Positions 8,224-18,396 are shown, counted from the first letter of the stretch. The stretch: 20,000 nt of DNA from an uncultured virus (IMG/VR IMGVR_UViG_3300031851_000011) (IMGVR_UViG_3300031851_000011), one strand, 5' to 3'. Made by a program: numbers and translations. The notes: generated from the sequence alone by a model not told the origin.

Positions 8224-9584
8224 CTTAATCCTTTGTAGTAAATATAGTCGCTTTTCAACGCCTCAATTGATTCATTAAATACTATACCTGAGTATTGACC
8301 TGTTGATCCTGTTACACTTTCATAAAGAGCGGTCTTATCAACTCCACTCACTACGCCCAACACACCCGTTTGCTCAACTTGTTGGTATATCGAATAACTT
8401 CCTGTTGATAGTTTAGTTTCAAGATTCAATGCTATATCACCCGTTAAGGTATAGTTTCCGCCTTGCAGACCTAGCGTATCAAATGCACATTCTCCAGTTG
8501 GCGCATAGTCGTTAGAATTAGATGGATCAAGATAACCCAACTTTTCTTTGTAAGATGTCTTTAACCCATCATTATCGTAATTATAAAAAACATACATTTC
8601 GTCGCCCTCACTTCCAGATACGGTCGTAGCACCAGTCAAAACTCCCGTGTAGCTAATCCTACCTGTTGAAACAGTCAAATTTCCAGCGGATTGCAGTGTT
8701 GTACCTGTAGAACCTGTTGCATAATTTACTGTGTCTGTATATCCAGTAATAAAATTTTGAACAGTCTGTATTCCCGTATTGTAAAAATAATCACCCAAAA
8801 TACCACTAGTTAATTTCTTTAAGTTATGGGCTGATATACTGCCAGAGAAAATAGCCAATTCATTCAATGAGGCATTGACCGTTGGCACAGACGCACTTGA
8901 AGACTTAAAATATTGAGGTGATCCGCCTACATATAAATCTGTCGGTTGAGCAATTTCTGAAGAATTAAAATTAAAAGTTTCCTTATCAACAACATCATTG
9001 AATAAATCAAATTTTGAAAAAACAACATTTCCCCGATCAAAAGACAAACCAATTATGTTTCTTTCGGACATCTCTATGGAATTGGTTGACACAATAGATG
9101 GTCCGCTAGGTTGATAAGCCTCGAAAAACATATTGCCTCTATCATTTACGCCAAAGTTAAATCCTCGCGAACCTGTTACATCTACAGAACCCACAGTTTC
9201 TTCAAACCTTTCATAAGATCCTAAAATGACTCCATTTTCAACTTCAGCATTCCATTGAAAGTCAACCAACAAAGACATGCTTTTAATATCCAATCCCTCA
9301 ATGGGTATCTTTAGATTGCTTTGATCCAATCTTCCTCGCCCACTTACTGCTCCAGTAATCAAGCCCGACACACCAACCTCTGTAGCTCCTGTAGCGCTGA
9401 CAATTGTTGCTGTATGCTTGCCCGTATCATAAGCAGGGTATTGGTTGTTTAGAATCCCCGTATAAGTGCCGCTTGATTCTGGGTTTATCTCTCCATTATA
9501 TTCGGCAAAATCATAATAAGCCGCCAACCTCTCATTGCTTTGAAATTGAGATGTAAGTATGTAATGTAATCCACTCGCGCTCAT
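8220..9584 (-). CDS. LamG/concanavalin A-like domain virion protein
   Basis: RLAAYYDF, GFNFGVNDRGNMFFE, LYVGGSP, LNELAIFSGSISA are typical LamG motifs; TG-rich C-terminal half. Confidence 0.7.
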   Translation of the reverse strand: MSASGLHYILTSQFQSNERLAAYYDFAEYNGEINPESSGTYTGILNNQYPAYDTGKHTATIVSATGATEVGVSGLITGAVSGRGRLDQSNLKIPIEGLDIKSMSLLVDFQWNAEVENGVILGSYERFEETVGSVDVTGSRGFNFGVNDRGNMFFEAYQPSGPSIVSTNSIEMSERNIIGLSFDRGNVVFSKFDLFNDVVDKETFNFNSSEIAQPTDLYVGGSPQYFKSSSASVPTVNASLNELAIFSGSISAHNLKKLTSGILGDYFYNTGIQTVQNFITGYTDTVNYATGSTGTTLQSAGNLTVSTGRISYTGVLTGATTVSGSEGDEMYVFYNYDNDGLKTSYKEKLGYLDPSNSNDYAPTGECAFDTLGLQGGNYTLTGDIALNLETKLSTGSYSIYQQVEQTGVLGVVSGVDKTALYESVTGSTGQYSGIVFNESIEALKSDYIYYKGLR

Positions 9585-11149
9585 TAATAAAATTTTGAAA
9601 TGTTGTAGCTTATATTATTTACACCAATAGAGTGGCTATCTGATTGATCATAACTTCCTTTCATATATCGTGAAACTAGACTCTTAAGATCCTGTAATCG
9701 ATCTTCTTGTTCATCTGCTGTGGCAGATATTGAATATTCTCCAAGTGTTCTTTCAGAAACAAGCTGTGATGCGAATCCTTTAATAGTGGGAACTACATTA
9801 GAAAGCTGTAATGGGAGTTTATCTGTTATAGATAAAACAACATTATTCAATCCAGCATCTAAATCTATAGACGTGTCAAATTGTATGCTATAAGTTATTT
9901 TGTTATTAACAGGATCTTTTTGAACACTACTGCTTTTTACAGTATTGTTTAAATCAATATTTGATACCGTAAAGTCTGTGTTCCCAAGTTGAAAATCTAA
10001 CCAGCCCTGATAGGCTATATTGTAAGTATCTATACCGTCATAGGTGGCATCAATTTCTTGAAATCTTGCTGAGTTCTCATATAATCCAGTGTTAATAACG
10101 GAGCTTATACCATTAAAAAACAACTCCCCTTCTGCTGACACTATAAAGTTCGCGTTATCTTTATCTGCTTGAACTGACGACTTATATTTATGCCCGATAT
10201 TACCTATCTGGTCTATATTGTCTAGATCCATGTAAGAAAATGAAAAATCTATGGTATTAGCTCCAGTATTGATATTGTAAGAATAGGTATTGGGCTGGTT
10301 TCTAATAAACGAGAATGCATCAGAGTCGTAGGATGACATTGAAGCCGCTACATCTTGGATCAGAGCGTTTGTAGCGTCTTGAGGGGTAAACAACCCAGTA
10401 TGCACCTGCTCACCGTCAAATGAGCCGTAAATCGAACCATTGATACCAGCATTCAAGCCGCCATCTTTGTTGTAATTGACTGTGGTTTCATAAGTTACTA
10501 TTGCAGATTCAGTTTCCTGTCTATCAGATCCATCAAAATGGTAAACCTCAGTAATGGAGTAATTCGCTGTTTTTCTATTTATATTCTCGTTTCGTGATTT
10601 TAAAAAAGCATTTGACCCAGTTAGTATTGGCGCGACATTATAGAAACCAGTTTGACCTGTAACGAAATCAATGGCATTCTGCAAAGCGTCTTGATCGTTA
10701 ACTTTTTCTCCCTGCGCCGAAATTGTGTGAGTAGCTTGAACTATCTGGTTTTCTTGCTCCTGAAACGACCATTCGTTTTTTGGGGAAGACACGCCAAAAA
10801 AATTAGAAAAACTCTCTCCAGTAAATGTCTTAAACGAGGCAGAGTAGGGAACCATCGTGGTCATATCACTATCCTGAAAATCTAATGAAACAGGAAGTGC
10901 CTTCGCGTAAGTCTTAGTATATCCTCCAACATCAATTACCAAATCACCATATTCATTCAATAATCCGTTCACCATCTCCTGTTTCTGCAAACTTAAGCTA
11001 CTAATATCACTACCAGTTAAAAAACCAACTAACTGCACATCGACGGAACTATGGTCGTATAAACCACTGATATGAATCGGCGTAGAACTCTCTGCCAACA
11101 AAGGAAGAGGTTCGGGAAAATTATAACCAGAATATTGAATTGAACTCAC
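9584..11149 (-). CDS. Putative tail-tip/baseplate protein (GTG start)
   Basis: Beta-strand-rich repeated modules; second gene downstream of the tape measure gene. Confidence 0.55.
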   Translation of the reverse strand: MSSIQYSGYNFPEPLPLLAESSTPIHISGLYDHSSVDVQLVGFLTGSDISSLSLQKQEMVNGLLNEYGDLVIDVGGYTKTYAKALPVSLDFQDSDMTTMVPYSASFKTFTGESFSNFFGVSSPKNEWSFQEQENQIVQATHTISAQGEKVNDQDALQNAIDFVTGQTGFYNVAPILTGSNAFLKSRNENINRKTANYSITEVYHFDGSDRQETESAIVTYETTVNYNKDGGLNAGINGSIYGSFDGEQVHTGLFTPQDATNALIQDVAASMSSYDSDAFSFIRNQPNTYSYNINTGANTIDFSFSYMDLDNIDQIGNIGHKYKSSVQADKDNANFIVSAEGELFFNGISSVINTGLYENSARFQEIDATYDGIDTYNIAYQGWLDFQLGNTDFTVSNIDLNNTVKSSSVQKDPVNNKITYSIQFDTSIDLDAGLNNVVLSITDKLPLQLSNVVPTIKGFASQLVSERTLGEYSISATADEQEDRLQDLKSLVSRYMKGSYDQSDSHSIGVNNISYNISKFY

Positions 11150-11155
11150 GTAAAA

Positions 11156-12709
11156 TTATGTAGTAGGGATTACACAACTTATTACACGATTTGCGGTGCC
11201 ATTCGCCAAATCAATAGAATATTGATCTGACATTACATAAAATTCGCTTGAATTAAGTAAGCCTTGTAATTCGGATGTTTTTGAATCCAAGAAGTCTCTT
11301 GCGTGATATAATCCATATTGAGGTATGGCAACGGCTTCCGCCGTTATTGACACATTGGTTAATGTTTTATTATCAGAAATTGTTAGTTTTTCTGCAAAAG
11401 AGTCAAGGTCGTTTACTCTTGTAAACCTTTTAACTCCATTCTGACTATTTATTGTCGTCTTGTATTTCAAAATACCATCTGGCAAATCCGACCTGTAAGA
11501 ATCATCATCGGTAAACGTTATTGTTTCTGAAATTTTGCCAGCACCATAATCGAAAGATGTGCTTCTGTTTTTTTCATATAAAGTCCCAGATTCGGGAAAT
11601 AAATCACTAGCCCTGACCACGGCATTAGCAGAATCAGATGACCAAAAATTTCTGCAAGCATTCAATCTTTCTCTATTGTTGACGCCAACCGCACAATAAT
11701 CAACCGTCATAGAGAAATCATTAAAAGAACCTTGTTTTCTTTTTTGACAATTATACGTCACACTTGCGTCTCTGTAATATTTGGGCGCAGTTGAGAAATT
11801 AATTACAAGATTCGCAGTTTTTGAGTTTCTTTTAAAACCCCTTGCTATAGATACAGGAGGTCCATAAACCGATTGTTCCTCAGATAAAATATCATCTATA
11901 GTGCTTGCAACAGCGCTTCGCAAAACATTCTGATTGTCTCGGCGTAAAGAAGTTATATCAACAGTAACCGTCTTACCAAGATATCCTGCTTCATCAAGTT
12001 TTTCTACTTGTGTGAATTTTTTGCTGACGTTTTCATTTTCATGTATGCGAGAGGACGCGAAATTCTCCTGAATTGAGTAAGAAAGACCAATTATGTCTAT
12101 AGTTTCAGAGATAATCCCATTAAATCCCTTATCTATTGTGGCGTTTTCTGAAATACCATCTTGCTGTAATCCATAATTAGGTCGAACTGTATGATAATAG
12201 TTTGATACAAACACCTTTAAGTTATGCAGAAACTCGTCGGAAGACTCAGTGCTTTGCTTGTATTTTATAGAAATATTTCTATTGTAACTGTATTCACTAC
12301 CATTACAACTAAAGTCAAAACTTTCTTCAAATGATTCAAGGAGATGAGGGTTGGGTATATACTTTGCAAAAGTGTGGTTAGAATAATCATCAAGCCTCTT
12401 ACTTTCTTCTATTTCAACATTCGCTGTCTGAGAACCAACCAAAGCACTTTCATCAAAACTTAAACTTTTTATACGTCCGTTTACATACTCGTCTGCACCT
12501 ATGCGAGCGGTAATATTTTTCTGCTTATAGGCTGAACTTATAGCGTCCCGACCTTCAAACAAAACACCCTGTTGATCTGTGAAGCTTATATCGGAGATGT
12601 CGATAGTATAATTACCAACCACAGTATACCCAAACATTTCATCCCCATCTAAATAATCAAAATTGATATTTAGAGATCCATTGGTTACAGTTGTTGTAGT
12701 TAAACACAT
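11156..12709 (-). CDS. Putative tail-tip (Dit-position) protein
   Basis: Immediately downstream of the tape measure gene; size and module pattern similar to 9584-11149. Confidence 0.55.
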   Translation of the reverse strand: MCLTTTTVTNGSLNINFDYLDGDEMFGYTVVGNYTIDISDISFTDQQGVLFEGRDAISSAYKQKNITARIGADEYVNGRIKSLSFDESALVGSQTANVEIEESKRLDDYSNHTFAKYIPNPHLLESFEESFDFSCNGSEYSYNRNISIKYKQSTESSDEFLHNLKVFVSNYYHTVRPNYGLQQDGISENATIDKGFNGIISETIDIIGLSYSIQENFASSRIHENENVSKKFTQVEKLDEAGYLGKTVTVDITSLRRDNQNVLRSAVASTIDDILSEEQSVYGPPVSIARGFKRNSKTANLVINFSTAPKYYRDASVTYNCQKRKQGSFNDFSMTVDYCAVGVNNRERLNACRNFWSSDSANAVVRASDLFPESGTLYEKNRSTSFDYGAGKISETITFTDDDSYRSDLPDGILKYKTTINSQNGVKRFTRVNDLDSFAEKLTISDNKTLTNVSITAEAVAIPQYGLYHARDFLDSKTSELQGLLNSSEFYVMSDQYSIDLANGTANRVISCVIPTT

Positions 12710-12719
12710 GATATTTCTA

Positions 12720-15700
12720 TTATGGTTCTAGCTGTGCTTTTACCTGTGCTACCCCCGCCTTGAGAGAAACTATATCTTTCTTGGTTTTCTCTATATCTTT
12801 AGCGGCTTCTTTAACAAGAGTATTTGATTTGGCTATTTCAGTAGCCGCTTTTGTATTTACCTTGTTTATTGCTTCTAATATTTTTGTGCCGTCCCCCATG
12901 CCTTTACCAAATTTTTCTAGGGCTTCGGATATGTTCTTAGTGCTTTCGCTAATCTTCTCGGCGTTAAACGCTTTCCCGAACTTCTCTATTTGCTTTTTAG
13001 ACTCTTTTATTGATTCTTCAAGAACTTTTATTTCCTGCTGTGTATTTTTGATGTCAGGTCTATCCTTTTTTAGTCTCTCTATTATTGCATCAATAGTTTT
13101 CTGATCAGTGATCCCAGCACCCCTCAAACCTGCCTCGTCTGTTTTCCTAGTTAATTCTTCTTGCTCTTTGGGTGTCAGACCCATAGAGTCTAAAATACCT
13201 TTGAAGATTGCTGGGTTAATCGCGTCAAGTTGTTCTTTGTTGCCAGCCAGTCGTTCCATCGCCTCTAATTGTTTTTTAGGGTCGTCCCCAGCTTCCCTAA
13301 GCCTTTTTACGTTATCTCTAACAACATCGGCGTCTATTGTTTTGTCTTTTAAAGAATTTACAAAGCCAAGCCTACTGTCGAATGTTTGCTCTTTTTGTGT
13401 AGTTAGAGTCTCTTTCAGCTTTCCAAGATCAAATTCAGCTTGGTTTAAATTGTTCCTTAGACTTATTGCCGCAGAAACAACCGATTTGTTGAAGACTGTC
13501 GTGGCTTGTTCGATTTTCTCTACTATTTCTTCTCTTTTATCTTTATCTGTTGTTTGACTTAACTCTACTTTTAAGTCATTTAATGTTTGTTTATTTAATT
13601 GCGCTCCAGCAACAGCCGACTGACCCTTCAAAGATCTATCAACCGCATTTCTTCTCTCGCCAGTTAATTCAGGTGTTCTGATTTCACTCATAAACCCTAA
13701 TGTATCAACAGCCTTTTGTGCGGATTTTACTCTTGCTTGGCTTGCTTGAGCTTGTTCTGCATTTAGTTTAATTAAATCATTTTGTTTTTTTGTCAGACTT
13801 GCTTGTATTCTTTTTATTTCGGCAACCTTTGTCTCGGCTATAGCTACCTTTTCCATAACTTTAATATAGTCATCGGTTGCTTTTTTGTATTCCGCAGGAC
13901 TCTCAGAGGCTGAACGCAAACGATCCTTTACTTTTTTTATTTCATCTGTGTAGTCGCGCAGACCCACACTTGCAACTTTTTGAGCGACTTCCATTACGTC
14001 GTTGCCTTTACTGAACCCAAGATTCCTCATGGCACTTCTTTGTCTCTGAATGCCTTTAGCTTGAGCCTCTTTACCCCTATCTAGGTCTTTTCCCTTTTTT
14101 TCGCCTTCTTTTATTCTTTTGTTAGCGTCAAGAAGCGCAGATCCAAGACTATAAACTTGACCAGTTACAGCCCCAATCGCCATCCCCATGGGTCCAAACA
14201 TTGCACCCATAGACGCAAACTGTGCGGCAGCCGATCCCTGATCCGCGAGCATGCCTCCTTTTTCGTCCCCCTTCTCTCTCCTGCTGTCCGCCAGAGCCTG
14301 AAAGCCTGTGTCTACCCCAGATAAAGCAAACATCGCCAGCATACCAGCACCACTATCCTTTTGCATCTGACTAGCGTTGTCAGATATTTTAGAATTGTTT
14401 TTTTTCAGCTTTTTTTCATGTATTTTGAGTTGCTCTTTGCTTAATTTGCCAGCGCTTATCCTTTTCTGAATTTCTTGATTTTCTTTCTTTAACTTTTTGG
14501 TGTTCTCTTTGAGACTTTTTATGTTAGCTTTAGAGGCTTTGTGGGAGTCCAATACATTTTTACCTTTATTTTTAGCCCCCCCGAATAACCTTGAAGCCCC
14601 CGCCCCGATCTTCCTTCCAGCCGCTCCCCCAAGCTTAACAAGACCCCCAAGCCTAAAATTAGGAACAAAACCCTCACTATACATTCCAATTCCTTGCCTC
14701 TCTCTGCCTATTGCATCAGCCAATCCATTCTTCCTTACGTCACTTAAGCCGTTAGGTTCGTCCATTGTATTTGTAACAGCAACAGGGTTTCCTGCGCCAT
14801 CAAAGTGGGCGCGAATTTTAGACATAGGAACTCCTCGGTCTGTTTGGCTGTAGTTGGGTATAAATCCTCCAGCCCTTCCCCTGCCTTTACTAACTCTATT
14901 TAAACCTTTTCTATCTACCTTCTGTTTGTTAATTGTTGCTTTGATTGGGTCTGTTAAAATTTTAGTTCCCATGAATTTTGTAATCATACTTTCTAACGTG
15001 TAATTACCATCATTTATCTTGTAGTCAGCAAGCCCACTAAGAGGCAGTGATCTACTTCCAAATATTTTTCTTACGTTTGATTTTGCCTTGGCGTTGTCCG
15101 CAGTATTAACGTCAAAATCTCCACCAACACCGTCACCGACATTTGTTCTCAGCGCAGTGGTTAAAGCCGCATCAAATATTCCACCAAAACCTCCTTTTAT
15201 TCCGCTGATGAATCCGTTCACATTGTCAACCTCTTCAATAGTTTTTGGATCAACTGGCTTTTCTGAAACTGCCTCTGCCGCTTTTTTGGCAAATTTTAAA
15301 GCAGTATTTTCCGCCATTTCTTTTATTTTTGTGTCAGAAAATTTTCTGTCAAAATCCTTTCGCAAACCAAGCTTTCCATTTTTATCAACTTTAAAACTTT
15401 TAAATTGAAATTTTACAGGGTGGTTAAAGTCTTTTCTCGTTGTTATTGATCGCGTCCCGCCTGAATTTGAAGGGGTCAAAACCGTAGGCATTGTGTTTTT
15501 CCCAATGACTCTTGATGCATCAATAGTTTGTTTCTTTTTGCTATCTGCTTGTTTTCCCTTTTCATCTATCCCTAATTTTCCAGCGGCGTTAATCTCGTCT
15601 TTACTGAACTTCACGTCACCCACCACCCGATCTTTTCCAACCTCGGTCCTTCTTATAGTCCCATTTTTTATTCCATCTGTATACCCCCGTAAACTTGCGC

Positions 15701-17507
15701 CTTTTTTGTTGAAATACGCGCTAGTGCTAATCATTGCAAAATTTGGAACAAAACCTTTTGCGTAATGAGGTATGACCGCAGAATCACCATTTCGACCAAA
15801 ATTTGGTATTTCGGTTTCTTGGTTATTCATTATGAATGATTTACCACCAATGGTTCCCTGCCCCCTGTGCGCCCTAACAGAAGATGTAGCGCCCAACATT
15901 CTGGCGTTCGCCTCCTCTTGCATGTGACCTGCCGAAAAACCCCTTCCCTTAAATCCTCTAGATGAACTATGTCCAGTAACACCCCTCTGCCTCGCAAGAG
16001 ATGTAAGATTTCGCATTAGCCTCTCTTGATCTCTTAGTAAGGCATTTTCTCTTTTTATAGCATCCAGAACAGCTTGTTCTTTTTGAGCCTGTGATAAACT
16101 TTGGTTAGCTAACTGTTTTCTTAACTGAACGTCGTGTTGTAACAATCTAACTATACCAGCCTCAATTTGCTTATTCTTTTCTTGGGCTGAACCAATTGCC
16201 ATAACAGACTTAAAACCATCCATGGCAAATTTAGCCACCAGCTTGGTGATCTTTAAAAACGCCACAGTCACCATAATCAACCCTGGACCAGATATAAAAG
16301 AACTAATAGTGGCTAAAAGACCCTTGATGAAAGCATTACCTTTTTCTGGGTCAAGAGCGCCATCTAAAGAGTCTGAAAGCACTGTTGCTATCTTTACTAA
16401 ATTACCAAGCAGTGGCGCGATTGTTATGCCTCCAATTTTTTCTGCTAAATTTGTTATCCCAGCCACCAGACTATTTATTTGCGCCGCCAAACTAGTATTT
16501 AATAGCTCGTTCTTTTGAAAAGCCTCGTTAGTTGCATTAGAGGCTTCTTTCGCGGCACTGGCAAAAATAGAAGTCTCGCTTGATAAATCCTTCAATGTAG
16601 AACTAACAACGTTAATCTGGAACACGCCACCCGCAAGCTCTTTTATCTGACTTGCTATAGTTGGGTCTGATATCTTTTCAAGAGCCGCTGATAAAGATTG
16701 TAGTTTTTGAATACCTGTTTGGCTAGAGTCAATCTCAACACCAAGTTCTTTTAGTTTTTCAATGGTTGTTCCACGGGCTAGTCGTGTAAATATAGATTTA
16801 AATGCGTTACCGATCACAGCACCACCTCGCGCAGTTCTCTGCTCTACAGCGGTTATAAGACCTAGTAGCTGATCAAATGATACACCAGCATCCTCTGCCG
16901 TAGATCCAGCGCGAGAAAAACCGTCAGCCAAGTCTTGTGCAGATACAGCGAATGCCGTATCAACCGCTACAATTTTATTAACAATCTGCTCGGCACTTAA
17001 TCCAGCAGAGGTGAAACCGTTCATTGCGGCGGTCAGAGACTTTACAGACTTCTCTGCGTCCATACCTGAAATACGAGTGAGTATTAATGCGGCTTTTAAC
17101 CGTTTCGCGGTCTCTTCTGCACTTAAACCCTGACGAGCTAATTCCGCCGCACCTTCTGCAACGGTATTAAAAGACTGCCCAGTATCTTTGGCGACTTGGA
17201 AGATAGAATCTCTAAACTTGCTAAACTGAGCGTTTGTAGCTTGAAAGATAGAGTTTATCTCGATTAGCTTTTTCTCAACCTCAACCGTGGTGCTGATAAG
17301 CTTTTTGAATGATTGGTTAACAGCTTGCAGAACCGCCGTGGTAGCTCCGAAAGCAAACACACGCGCAGTTGAAGCATCAAGAGATTTTTGAAATTCTGAT
17401 GCTTGACCTGTAATACGCCCCAACGCTTGCTGAACCTGACGAGTAGATCTATTCAGGCTAGTGGTGCTTATCGAAATGTTCGCAGGTATATTGATTGGTG
17501 CCGCCAT
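12720..17507 (-). CDS. Tail tape measure protein (TP901-type core)
   Basis: 1595 aa, Ala/Lys-rich helical; AAELARQGLSAEE..AALILTRISG, DLADGFSRAGSTA..AGVSFDQLLGLITAV..TARGGAVIGNAFKSIFTRL core; hydrophobic Gly/Ala segments; coiled-coil C-terminus. Confidence 0.9.
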   Translation of the reverse strand: MAAPINIPANISISTTSLNRSTRQVQQALGRITGQASEFQKSLDASTARVFAFGATTAVLQAVNQSFKKLISTTVEVEKKLIEINSIFQATNAQFSKFRDSIFQVAKDTGQSFNTVAEGAAELARQGLSAEETAKRLKAALILTRISGMDAEKSVKSLTAAMNGFTSAGLSAEQIVNKIVAVDTAFAVSAQDLADGFSRAGSTAEDAGVSFDQLLGLITAVEQRTARGGAVIGNAFKSIFTRLARGTTIEKLKELGVEIDSSQTGIQKLQSLSAALEKISDPTIASQIKELAGGVFQINVVSSTLKDLSSETSIFASAAKEASNATNEAFQKNELLNTSLAAQINSLVAGITNLAEKIGGITIAPLLGNLVKIATVLSDSLDGALDPEKGNAFIKGLLATISSFISGPGLIMVTVAFLKITKLVAKFAMDGFKSVMAIGSAQEKNKQIEAGIVRLLQHDVQLRKQLANQSLSQAQKEQAVLDAIKRENALLRDQERLMRNLTSLARQRGVTGHSSSRGFKGRGFSAGHMQEEANARMLGATSSVRAHRGQGTIGGKSFIMNNQETEIPNFGRNGDSAVIPHYAKGFVPNFAMISTSAYFNKKGASLRGYTDGIKNGTIRRTEVGKDRVVGDVKFSKDEINAAGKLGIDEKGKQADSKKKQTIDASRVIGKNTMPTVLTPSNSGGTRSITTRKDFNHPVKFQFKSFKVDKNGKLGLRKDFDRKFSDTKIKEMAENTALKFAKKAAEAVSEKPVDPKTIEEVDNVNGFISGIKGGFGGIFDAALTTALRTNVGDGVGGDFDVNTADNAKAKSNVRKIFGSRSLPLSGLADYKINDGNYTLESMITKFMGTKILTDPIKATINKQKVDRKGLNRVSKGRGRAGGFIPNYSQTDRGVPMSKIRAHFDGAGNPVAVTNTMDEPNGLSDVRKNGLADAIGRERQGIGMYSEGFVPNFRLGGLVKLGGAAGRKIGAGASRLFGGAKNKGKNVLDSHKASKANIKSLKENTKKLKKENQEIQKRISAGKLSKEQLKIHEKKLKKNNSKISDNASQMQKDSGAGMLAMFALSGVDTGFQALADSRREKGDEKGGMLADQGSAAAQFASMGAMFGPMGMAIGAVTGQVYSLGSALLDANKRIKEGEKKGKDLDRGKEAQAKGIQRQRSAMRNLGFSKGNDVMEVAQKVASVGLRDYTDEIKKVKDRLRSASESPAEYKKATDDYIKVMEKVAIAETKVAEIKRIQASLTKKQNDLIKLNAEQAQASQARVKSAQKAVDTLGFMSEIRTPELTGERRNAVDRSLKGQSAVAGAQLNKQTLNDLKVELSQTTDKDKREEIVEKIEQATTVFNKSVVSAAISLRNNLNQAEFDLGKLKETLTTQKEQTFDSRLGFVNSLKDKTIDADVVRDNVKRLREAGDDPKKQLEAMERLAGNKEQLDAINPAIFKGILDSMGLTPKEQEELTRKTDEAGLRGAGITDQKTIDAIIERLKKDRPDIKNTQQEIKVLEESIKESKKQIEKFGKAFNAEKISESTKNISEALEKFGKGMGDGTKILEAINKVNTKAATEIAKSNTLVKEAAKDIEKTKKDIVSLKAGVAQVKAQLEP

Positions 17508-17516
17508 TACAAAATA

Positions 17517-17522
17517 TTACAC
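17517..17522 (-). promoter_or_regulatory. GTGTAA motif, candidate late promoter element
   Basis: Lies in the 19-nt gap 9 nt upstream of the tape measure ATG; same hexamer precedes several other - strand genes. Confidence 0.4.
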
Positions 17523-17526
17523 CAAA

Positions 17527-18396
17527 TCAGTTTATGAGGTCTTCCGCAGTGAGCTTTCCTTTGTTTTTTAAAGTTTGCTTTATGTCATCTATACCATGAC
17601 TAGTCTTAGTTTCCTTGTTTTTATTATCTGGGTTATAATCAAATATTTTAACAGGATCATTCCTTATTTCATCTGGCATCTCCACGTTTTTAAGCTTGTT
17701 TAACAAAACAGATGCATAAGAGAACAGATACCTCTGGAATATTGTGATATTGAAAAAATCAACACCAAAAATAGTCATCGGGTTTCTATACTGAATCGAA
17801 TAAACATCAAAGAACTCTGATTGGAATACTGCGGCGAGCAAAGACCTCTTTTCAGACAGTTCTAATATCTTTTTTTGTATATTTACGACAAATGAAACAT
17901 CTTCACCAATGGTTATATTTTTCTTGAATTTAGCGTCAGAAAATACATGGTCTTCTACCATTTTAAACATTCGCTGTTGGCTAGCCCACGATTCCGCGCT
18001 TTGACCAATCAACGCATGACGTTTATCTTGCAACTCGCTAAGTTCCTCTTCTTGTTTTTTGATGCCAGAAGAAAACACATTTCTCTGGTGGTCGTCTGTT
18101 ATTTTTAAGGAGGCTGTCGTGGATTTATCAATCATCCATTTCAAACTCTTTATTTTCTCCTCCTTCTCTAACGACCACTTACCTCTTTTGATATAATTGT
18201 TGAGAAGTTTCTCCTCAGAAGAAATACCCCTCTTAATGGCGCGGTTATATATTATTTCATACTGTTCCTCGCTCTGCAAGGACTCCATATTATTGGGATG
18301 TTTGAAATAGAAAACTTCGCCGTTAACATCAATGATGCTATACCCTCTAGAAACTTCAAGTAAGACTTGAGCCGCATTTATTTTGCTTTTGCTCAT
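17527..18396 (-). CDS. Putative tail assembly chaperone
   Basis: Charged helical protein directly upstream of the tape measure gene (lambda G/T-type synteny). Confidence 0.5.
   Translation of the reverse strand: MSKSKINAAQVLLEVSRGYSIIDVNGEVFYFKHPNNMESLQSEEQYEIIYNRAIKRGISSEEKLLNNYIKRGKWSLEKEEKIKSLKWMIDKSTTASLKITDDHQRNVFSSGIKKQEEELSELQDKRHALIGQSAESWASQQRMFKMVEDHVFSDAKFKKNITIGEDVSFVVNIQKKILELSEKRSLLAAVFQSEFFDVYSIQYRNPMTIFGVDFFNITIFQRYLFSYASVLLNKLKNVEMPDEIRNDPVKIFDYNPDNKNKETKTSHGIDDIKQTLKNKGKLTAEDLIN

Noticed and set aside
12760..16518. Several + strand ORFs of 90-149 aa opposite the tape measure gene, and similar short antisense ORFs elsewhere (268, 2121, 2860, 4570, 5682, 7241, 10652, 18367, 19032)
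   Set aside because: Antisense shadows of long real genes, with no recognisable motifs or initiation signals
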